Assembly: GCF_009834535.1 (NCBI RefSeq)
Contig: NC_045696.1
Coordinates: 101,062,001-101,126,000, forward strand
Direction: 5' to 3'
Length of the DNA stretch: 64,000 bases
Source of the DNA: Camelus ferus
Lineage: Eukaryota
Part shown: piece by piece, positions 54,852 to 64,000 of the stretch
Layout of the letters: each line of letters opens with the position of its first letter
Position numbering within the stretch: position 1 is the stretch's first letter
Notes under the pieces: generated by a model
What the model was told of the DNA's origin: nothing
The model's database searches: none
Seen by the model: only the letters and a program-made list of their open reading frames with translations
Position numbers and translations under genes: made by a program

Positions 54852-55027
54852 AGGGGGTGAAGGTATAGATCAAGCAGTAGAGTGCTTACTTAATGAGTAC
54901 ACAAGATCCTGGGTTCAATCCCCAGTACCTCCTCTAAAAATAAACAAACAAACCTAATTACCTCCCCCCCATCAAAAAATAAACAAATAAATAAAAATTT
55001 AAACATAAATAAATTAATTAAATAAAA
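54852..55027 (+). mobile_element. Vic-1-type camelid SINE
   Basis: tRNA-like head plus acctaattacctcccc tail; perfect 17-bp TSD taaaataagaggcttgt (54835-54851, 55028-55044). Confidence 0.92.
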
Positions 55028-55913
55028 TAAAATAAGAGGCTTGTTAAAAAAAAAAAAGTAATGTCAGTAAATATCCTGAAGCTAAATTAAGAATAAACTT
55101 GAGCAGGAAAGCTGTATTATTTGCATGTAATGTATTTGCAAGAGCATTGAGTAAATAAAAAGTGATTTACTTGAAGTGCTATAAAATCTCACTGGTCTCA
55201 GTGACAGAACAGCTTAATCTCTTTCATTGCATTGCCAATTTTCATTTTCCAGAAACTTTTGCATTAAGAAGAGTAAGCCTCTTGCTTAAGTGGTTTGAAG
55301 TCTTCCACCATTCTGGGGTCACCGTCCCTAACATATGTACATAAAATAGCTGAATGCTTATCCTCTGAGGCATAAGAAGTCCAGAGACTTTCTGTTTATC
55401 TTCAGGGGACTTGAGGGGAGAGTCATCTTCTGATTTAGCAACTGCTGCAGCCTCTGTCTAGACTGCCTGCCCCTCCCTCCATCAGACTCCCTCCTCCAGC
55501 TTCTACTCTCCTCCATCTCAGACACAGTTCCTCTTACTTAATTTCAGCAGAAGCAACACTAACAACATTTTCCTTTGTACCACATAGTAGAAAACAAAAA
55601 GCAACTTCAATTTCAGAGTGCCTAGAAATTGCCATCTATTCTCTGTCATGAATTTCTTAGAAGCCAACATTTTCTTCCCAGGCCAAAATGAGTAGGTCAT
55701 AAGATCTCTCCCTTGCATTTTTGGCTGTCTTTTCCTCTGCATTGCAGGGTTGATCATAAAATCTCAAAATTCTTCTCTTTATATTATTCATGGTAATACA
55801 CTTCTCTTTTTGTTTTATTCTCTATTTCAGAACAGTCTGAAAGGGAAGGACATTCATGTTTATACATCCAAATACATTTATCAATGTTTTCAAAAGAAAA
55901 AAATCATCTATTC

Positions 55914-56071
55914 CTTTTTTGGGCGGGGCATAGTAATTAGGTATTTATTTACTTATTTATCGATCGATCAATAGGTTATCTATCTATCTTTAATGGAGGT
56001 ACTGGGGATTGAACCCAGGACCTTGTGCATGCTAAGCACACACTCTACCACTGAGCTCTACCCTCCCTCTC
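55914..56071 (-). mobile_element. Vic-1-type camelid SINE
   Basis: ggtactggggattgaacccaggaccttgtgcatgctaagc...ctaccactgagct; TSD aaaa(a/g)tcatctattc. Confidence 0.92.
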
Positions 56072-56114
56072 AAAAGTCATCTATTCTGACATGAACCATG
56101 CTGCTGCAACAATT

Positions 56115-56254
56115 AGAAAAGGAGGAAAGGAGGAAAGGAGGAAAGGAAGAAAGGAAGAAAGGAAGAAAGGAAGAAGGGAAGAAAGGAAGAAAGAAAGGAG
56201 GAAGGAAGGAAGGAAGGAAGGAAGGAAGGAAGGAAGGAAGGAAGGAAGGAAGGA

Positions 56255-56322
<68 letters not shown>

Positions 56323-56433
56323 AAAGAAAAGAAAAGAAAAGAAGGAAGGAAGAAAGAAAAGAAGGAAGGAAGGAAGAAAAGAAGGAAGGAAGGAAGGAAA
56401 GAAGGAAGGAAAGAAGAAAGGAAAGAAGGAAGA
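56115..56433. repeat. 319-nt pure-purine (GGAA)n/(GAAA)n compound microsatellite
   Basis: No pyrimidine on the + strand across the tract. Confidence 0.95.
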
Positions 56434-56599
56434 TAGATCAGATAAATATAATCACTACAAAAATAAAAATAGTGCACCTATCCTTAAGTGTCTCACCTAA
56501 TATATCAAAACTAATATTTGGTACCTGTGTATGTTAGATTTCAATTTATACACTTTGAGTTATTAGCTCTGCTTAGACCAACTTCCTTAATTTGACCCT

Positions 56600-56900
56600 C
56601 AAATTAACCCTGCCTAACTTAAGCAAAAGGTATATTTATTGAAAGGACAGTGGAGTAGTTCAAAAAATTGAAAAGAGATAATCAATGAATCCTGAGAAGC
56701 TAGGAAAGTTCTGAGGCAGAAGGCAGTAGGAGTTAGGGATGTCACCCAGGGGCATGGCTACTAGGTAAATCAGCTTCCAAGTCTAATTTTATATCTCTCT
56801 GTATAAATCTCAACCCACAAGTGAGGATTTATGATTGGTTCAGTTTCTGACACTAATGCTGAACTTTGGAGCATTCAGGCATGGTCATGTATCATGGGGA
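56600..56900 (-). mobile_element. Old MLT1 (K/L/N-like) LTR fragment
   Basis: ctaacttaagcaaaaggtatatttattgaaagga...tgattggt. Confidence 0.5.
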
Positions 56901-58106
56901 TGAAAGGGGCTCTTAGAAGCACTAACACGGCCACAGGAGAAACCCCTGGGAGCTGGGGATTTCTACTCTGCTGTCTACTCTCCCCACAAAAATGACTGTG
57001 ATAAGATGAATAACAATATTTGTATATACTTTAAGATTGTATATGAAATTCATTCTATTGTTATTACAAGGGAAGAAATCACTTTTAGTGCAATAAATTT
57101 TCATTTAACAATAAAAATGTAATTGTGTGAAATAAACATTAAAAACTCCAGCTGGATCTGAAATTAAGGGTTAAAGTGGGGCACATAAGAAGCAATGTCA
57201 GACTAAACTTCCTGATGAGCATATTCAAAAAAACCCAGCATGTATTAGTTTAGAAAAGGGAAAACTGATGTTTTTAAGGTTGGCGAAAGACAGGAGAAAA
57301 ATAAAACAAAGTAAAATATTGTGAGAACTAACTGTAGCTTTCAACAGAAATGAAGATACAAGTTTTAGATTAGCAGAATACTAGGATTCATCTGACATTA
57401 ATATAAAATATTCTTATACTTTACCTTTTTCTTTCTAAATACTTAAAAAGAAATATGCCTAATTATGAAGTCTGCATTACATTTAGAGATATGTGTCCTG
57501 GTTTTATTTAAAGATGTCCTTGAATAATAGCAAAATAAACAAATCCATTTTTCATTGACATACAATGAGTTTTGTGTAATAAATTGAGTCATCCCAATTA
57601 TGCACATAAATCACAGTATCTGTCTTCATATTATCTTAGACAGATTTGACTAAAGGAAGTTGTGAAGCTGGTATATATTTATATACATATATAATGTGTA
57701 TGTGTCTATATATAATTATAAAAATAGCAATTCCAATTTAAACAGTAGCTTCTGAGGACTAAAATAACTTTAAGTGTGGGTTCTAGTTTGGTATTTATAT
57801 GAATATTTTGAAATTAAAATTTTTAAAAAGATAATTTGTTTAAAATTTCAGAAATAGAAAGGCAATGTATATGGATATTTATAATTATAACCATAATCAT
57901 ATTGATGTAACTACATTGCATCTGAATCATGTATAAATACATTAAAGTTTACATAGTGACACATTATGGACAAAATATATTAGAACTGCCATGAATAGAG
58001 AGATTTTGTTTGTTTTTTGCTATACTTCTAATGGAAACTTTTACTAATATAAATGAATGATCAATGCATTATAGTAGCGAAGAAAAATATTAGTTTATAC
58101 ATGTTT

Positions 58107-58161
<55 letters not shown>

Positions 58162-58184
58162 GTATGTATATATATATATATATG
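58107..58184. repeat. (TG)n(TA)n(TATG)n(TA)n microsatellite
   Basis: Directly visible. Confidence 0.95.
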
Positions 58185-59319
58185 CCCTTAGAACACAGAA
58201 AAGAAGGAAAAATTCACATTCAGAAATAACTAAAAAAAGTTGAGGTCTATTCCAAAGGGGCTTTTTCTATATAGATCTACATCGTTGGAAACACCTCATA
58301 GAGTAACTATGCGGTTTCCTTTATTCACAAAACTATATATTAGATCTGTGGGAAAGACTACAAGACAGAGCTGCTAAATCAACTATGAAAAACCTAACAG
58401 TCAAACGTTTTTTATCTTAGAAAAAAAAAACTAAAAAAAATTTGTCACCTTGACACAAAGTTATTTCATGTGTGTAACAGACGATTTAAGAAATAAAATA
58501 AATTAAAAATTTGGCCATTAAACTTGAAATTATATCTTCATATGAGAAGTTCTGTCTTAAAAATATTGAATTTAATTAAGCATCATCAAATACATGCAAA
58601 ACCAAAGAATTTTAGAAGGGCATGGATGCATAGGAGGTGGCATTAGAGGGAATATCTTAAATATTAAGCTAATTTTATCCACATTAAAAAATATTTCAAA
58701 CACTTAAGTGATATATATATAATAAAGCGATCCCTGTTTCTAAGTTCACACATGTGCACATATACACATACAGATCATTAGAATTTAAGAACTTCATTTA
58801 TATAGAATTCTCTTTTAAATTTAAAGTTACATTTTCAATGAACATTTAACTATCTGCAGGCCTACAGTATACTAGGATCTATGAGGGAAGTAAAAAGAAT
58901 GAGCTGTATTGCTTTATTAAGTTAAGTAGCTTGTTCTACCTTAAACTAAAGTCTTGAATGGTGAAAATTTTTATATATTAAGTGCTTATGCCTCATGTTT
59001 ATCAGAGTGATCAACACAAAGAAACTATTCAATGTATACTTAAAAAGTGAATAAATGAATGAACAAATGAATGATTGAAGAAAATTAGCAATATATTATG
59101 CAAGTTGAAGACTACACATACATAAAGATAGGTAGGTGTGTGTGTGTATTTAGATACATAAATGTGTTCTATGTGTACAATGTTAAATTTTTCTAAATTA
59201 TACAAATTTATATTAAAATAGAAATTTAACTTTCAGCCAGAATGACATTTAAATCCCCACTCAATCACTTTAGTGATTACAAACTGGGATAAATCAAAAC
59301 ACATTTGAACAGAACTTAT

Positions 59320-60785
59320 AATTATGGTCTATGCGGAGTAACAGGTCAAGATATTCCTACCTGAAAAAACAAAACATGGCTAGGACACAAGAAACAACAG
59401 TTTTCAAGACAATGCATATCAAATAATGAAGGAAAGTGGTTCCTGAGAGGCAGGAGACCAATGAGATATGCCTAATAACTGCCCCCAGCTTACTGGCTAG
59501 AGAGCATGTCCAGTCCTGTGAGGGGGAACGTAGGTGACAGTGAGGACAGAGAGCTGAGAGTCTGTGACACCGAGTTAGTAAGAGTCCACGTGCAGAGTAC
59601 TGGAGAAAGTGAGCAGAGACAGAAATTCAGAGATCTGCAAAAGGTCCCTGTCTAGGATCCAGCAAACGTATGTTAGAAAATAACGTGAGGCCAGAGAGTA
59701 ACTGCCCTCAGAGAACTAGAGGTGGAAGTGCCCCGGGCCCACATAGAGCACGGGAAAATGCTTGTTCGTAACAACCAGAAGTGAAAAATCCAATTATTCA
59801 CCAGTGTTTGGGAGGAGTATACTTGCCTCAGTATACAGAATAGTTACCCCTGGACTGATTGCTACTCCTGTACTACCTAAAAAAATATTAAGTAGCATCT
59901 GAAAGGATCAAACTGTTTCCAGCTAACTTAACTGTATTTCAGAATGATGTTCAATAATATATATAAGAAAATAAAGTATCCACCACCTGGTGAGTTAAAA
60001 TTCACAAAGTCTGGCATCCCATCAAAAATTACCAGGCTTGCCAAAAAGGCATGAAATCATGACCTATAATGAGCGGAAAAATAATCAATAGAGAGCAACT
60101 CAGAACAGATGTTGCAATTAGCAGACAAAGACATTAAAACACTTTAGTGGGGGGTGCAGGGTGGGTAGAGCTCAGTGGTAGAGTGCATGTGCTTAGCATA
60201 CACAAGGTCCTGGGTTCAATCCCCAGCACCTCCTCTAAAAATAAATAAATAAGTATACCTAATTACCTCCCATCCTAAAAATAAAAACAAAACACTTTTG
60301 TAAACAATAGTCTGTATATTCAAAAGTTCAGTAAAGACGCAGAAGCTACTGAAAATGTCTGAATTAAACATATAGAGAGGCAAACTATGATGCATAAGAT
60401 GAAACATAAATGGAATCAATAGCATTAAAAGCATGAATGAACTTTATAGCATAATAACTGATACTATTCAAAATAAAACACAGAACTAAAAGGGATTTTT
60501 TTTTTTTTCAAGAGTATTAGAGAACTGGGAGACACTTCAAGTGGCCTGATATACACATAATTGGAATCATTAAGGAGAAAGGAAAGAAAGGGACACAGAA
60601 AAATTTGAAGAACTATCTATTTGAAGAAAAATCTTCCAAACTGGATAATTATAAATCCACAGATCCAAGAATCTCAACAAATTCCAAGAAGAAGAAGCAA
60701 AAGAAAACTATCCTAAGATACACCAAAATGGAATTGCTCAAAACCAGCCCTTAAAAGCTGCCAGAGACAAAAAAAAGTGTTACAC

Positions 60786-60826
<41 letters not shown>

Positions 60827-61310
60827 GATAAAGACGATAGCGTATTTCTTGTCAGAAACAATATTAGTGAGAAGATGGTGGAGTAATATGTTTAATATAT
60901 TAAAAGAAAAATGTTGTTAATCTAGAATTCTATACTCACTCAAATAATCTTTCCAAAACATAAGAAAAGGAAGACTTTTGTACACATGCAAAACCTGAAA
61001 ATATTCATCACTAGCAGACTCACGTGTCAAGAAATACTAAAGGAGATCCGTTAGGTTACCAGGAGAATCAGATAGAAATGTGGATCTTCACAAAGGATAA
61101 AAGAGTATTGGAAATAATAACTACATTGTTAAGTACATAAACATTTTCTTATTACATAAATCTCTCTAAAACATGATTGACTATTTAAAAAAATAATAAC
61201 AATGTATCATGAGTTTTATAATATATGTAAAAATAAAATATATTATCATGACAGTATAAAATTCAAGAGGGAAGAAATTGATACATACTATTGAAGGTTT
61301 CTTATACTAT
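59320..61310 (+). mobile_element. Ancient L1 5'UTR plus ORF1 remnants
   Basis: gaaaggatcaaactgtttcc, caaaaattaccaggc, cacagatccaagaatctcaacaaa, ctagaattctatact, attcatcactagcagac. Confidence 0.85.
60149..60288 (+). mobile_element. Vic-1-type camelid SINE nested in L1
   Basis: agctcagtggtagagtgc...gcttagcat...gggttcaatcccc; TSD aaaacacttt(a/t)gt. Confidence 0.92.
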
Positions 61311-61579
61311 AAGAATCTACTCTTCTTATATCAGACAGTATTTATAATCATTTTTATGACATAATAGAAGTATGTTTCAAATAATAATAATACTCTATAA
61401 AAGTAAGATGTAGTTAATGGACAATATATGTTCTAAAATTTGTCCAGTGGAACAAGTAACCCCCTGAACCTAGAGTGGAAAGGACATGCTTCGTGAAAGA
61501 GAGAGGACTTTAGCCAAGACTCTGATGAATGTTTATGATTTTAGTGGGAAAAAAAATACATGCTCAGAATACCAAGAAT

Positions 61580-61815
61580 GAAAATTGCTACAATTTACTA
61601 GTGTATACTATATGCCAGTTATTGATACCACTTTTAAGGTTTATTTTTTTAATCATCAAGCAACAGTTTGACGTAAATATAATTAGGCAACTCTTACAGA
61701 TAATAAAACTTATACTTGGAAAGATTAGAGCTTGTCTAAGGCCACACAGTTACTAAGTCGGTAAGTCTATCATGGATGTCTTAACACAAACCCTGTCCTT
61801 CTCAGCTCTCACAGT
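61580..61815 (-). mobile_element. MIR SINE
   Basis: atttactagtgtatactatatgccag...ttacagataataaaact...cttgtctaaggccacacagttactaagt. Confidence 0.75.
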
Positions 61816-61840
61816 GATCCTCTTTAGATGACTAATAGTT

Positions 61841-61896
61841 TGGGAGATGGAAATGTATTTGGAAAGTCTGGGAGATGGAAATGTATTTGGAAAGTC
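61841..61896. repeat. Perfect 28-bp tandem duplication
   Basis: tgggagatggaaatgtatttggaaagtc x2. Confidence 0.95.
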
Positions 61897-61914
61897 GTTA
61901 ATAAGCTGGCCTCA

Positions 61915-62530
61915 CAAAAGGAAAGGCCAGTGAGTAGGAAGCAAACAAAGCAAAGGCATTAACATAAAAAAGAATAGAGATAGCAAGGAGTGGGAAGAGA
62001 ATTAGGATGATGTATTTCATTAAACCTGTGACAGGAGAAAGCGTCGATAAGGAAGATACAATCAGGGTCAAGGTTTCCAGAGACAGCAAGGGAAAAAGAG
62101 ACTATAAACACGCTCTTCCATTTATCGTCAGGAACTCAGTAGTGTCCATACTCACTGAGAGCAGTTCTTAGTGTTTAGATAAGATTTCTGAAGTTACTGA
62201 GGGGAAAAGACAACAGAGAAGAAAAAGAGAGAGAGAAAGAGGTAAGGGAATGGCTACAGGTATTGTAAATCTTAATTGAAAAGTTTGGAAAGGAGCAAAA
62301 GTTGGATGATTGCCCAAAGGGGCAGAATATTCATATAAGTTCAATTTTGTTCTGTATTTCAAAAGAGATAAATTTTACATGTTTACAGACATAGGAAAAT
62401 TGAGTATTGAAATGAAGATGGAACACGGTGGGACAAAGAGGAGTGGCTGAGATGTAAGAGCTCCACGAAAAAGTGAAAGGAAATGGGTTTCTGATCATGG
62501 TGAAAGTTATAGTTTTCAAAATCATAATTA
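61915..62530 (-). mobile_element. Degenerate L2 fragment
   Basis: Purine-rich; ...gagagcagttcttagtg..., antisense L2-like. Confidence 0.5.
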
Positions 62531-64000
62531 TGTTTCTGCCTCTCTGCCCTAAAGGAAAAATAACAAGTTCTTTAACGTATCTTTACATCCCGAAGTGCGT
62601 AAAAAGTGGCTAGGCAGACACTGGAGCTGTAGATGGTGAATAACAAGAGAAAATGTGATCCTTGGTCAGAGCTCATAGTATAGTTGCTTTATTTGTTAAG
62701 GAAAGTTTATTCATGCTGCACTTAGATACACAGAGAAAAATGTCCTCTTTATTTCACTATAACTAATCCTTCTAGTTAGTACCTAACCTTCTGCTGAGGG
62801 GTAGGGATGTTTTGGTGTTGAGGAAAACCAGATGGATTCTGATCTGATAATCTCAAGCCAGTTCAATAATTTGGATGATTTCTCTTGAAAGTTGGCATAT
62901 GCCTAGATGGCTGTTTAAATGCACATTCTTTCAGAAGTATTCCTACTTCCACGTCTCCTCTTTAAGACGTTATCTGGCTATATGGAGGAACTGTGGGTAT
63001 GCATGGGGTATAACCACATGAAATTTAATGAGGGGAGCTACTGAGATCTGCTCATCTCTGCTGCTAATCTCTACTGAGGTGTGAGAAACTCATTCCAGAG
63101 ACTTTGGCTTCCACAGCTCAAATATGATGCTAATGCAACACATGGTCTATGTTCTTAATTTAGACTATGCTCCTGTTGACTCATCCATCTCCTTCTGCTG
63201 ACTGATTCCACTGATATTCCTATGTGCTCTGATTTTTCTCTAGCAGCTGGTCTAGGAAGCTCATCCTTCTGCTCTCATCTCTAGGGCATTTAATCCCTTC
63301 AACATCTGCTTCTGACATTCTCGAAAGCCAGCAGGCTAGGTTATAGCCGTACTACCTGCCCTGTTTACACGTACACACACGTGCGCACAGATAACACATA
63401 CACACACCAGGATCGTGAGGCAACCTACAGGCCATCTTCCCACAGTAGAGAGCCAGGGAGGTTAAGGAGAGTTAAATAGATTCCTATGTTCTTCCTATAC
63501 AAGTCAAATACTGCTTTAGTATGATCACATGCAAAGGGGACTTGTTAAAATCCCAAATAGAAGGTGAAATAAAAGATCCCTTAACCTTGACTGGTTGGGA
63601 ATCCCCCTAACATGACTCACTTCTCTGGAACTCTGGCCAGAAGTAGTAGTCAGAAAATGTAGTTCCACACAGATTTATTCCCACAAAACATTTTTAGGGA
63701 AATTGGGGGATTTTTCTCCCTTGTTCTCATAGGTCTGAGACGTAAGTGAAAAAAAAAATAGCTACAATAAAGTTCACTGACCTACCTTTAGATATATTAA
63801 AAGAGAATAACAAAGAAACTCTTGAAATTTTTGTCTATCAACTACATGGGCTTTTATCAAGTATTATCTAGTTAAAGTGGTAAAGAGTACCAGATTTGAG
63901 ACAAAACTGAACAACAGCTGACCTGTTCTTGGTGGTTCCTACCTTTTTTCTTCCTCAGGGCAATACATTTCACTGCTCTGACTTGGAAATAGAGAATTGA

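Larger units (their letters stand above)
47250..55057 (+). mobile_element. Near full-length, internally deleted ancient L1 (L1MC3-like)
   Basis: 5'UTR, ORF1 relics (~48200-49100), ORF2 relics (the 49744-50031 ORF contains IKRIMKKNYDELNAHKFDNSDEVDQFLKRQKIAKYTQGKIDNLNTPISIKEIE), long 3'UTR ending gggaactctctgtacta...ctaaaataa plus A tail. Confidence 0.9.

Noticed and set aside
56070..56537. Longest ORFs (112-148 aa, K/E/R/G- or F/L/S/P-rich)
   Set aside because: Translations of the GGAA/GAAA microsatellite
1..64000. A novel multi-gene or CRISPR-like system
   Set aside because: No long ORFs, operon structure or repeat-spacer arrays; the content is explained by mammalian transposon relics and unique non-coding DNA

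Overview
AT-rich, CpG-poor mammalian genomic DNA, most likely camelid (alpaca/camel): it carries five tRNA-Ala-derived Vic-1-type SINEs and a young L1 3' end. I can support no protein-coding exon, RNA gene or CRISPR/prokaryotic system. The ORF track is chance ORFs, microsatellite translations and decayed L1 ORF2 pieces. Roughly half the window is transposon relics: L1, L2, MIR, MaLR/ERVL/ERV1 solo LTRs, Tigger and Charlie/hAT elements, often nested. L1s and most LTRs lie on the + strand, which suggests an intron of a long minus-strand transcription unit. Two candidate minus-strand non-coding exons fit this: one at ~4314-4430 with a CATAAAA/CACCC/CCAAT promoter, and one at 22787-22870. Other items of interest are a MER41-like LTR retaining a STAT/GAS motif, an unassigned 352-bp LTR, a five-insertion cluster inside one L2, and candidate enhancers. 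I see no convincing new biological system. Family names come from my recall of consensus sequences, not a database search, and old-repeat boundaries are approximate.
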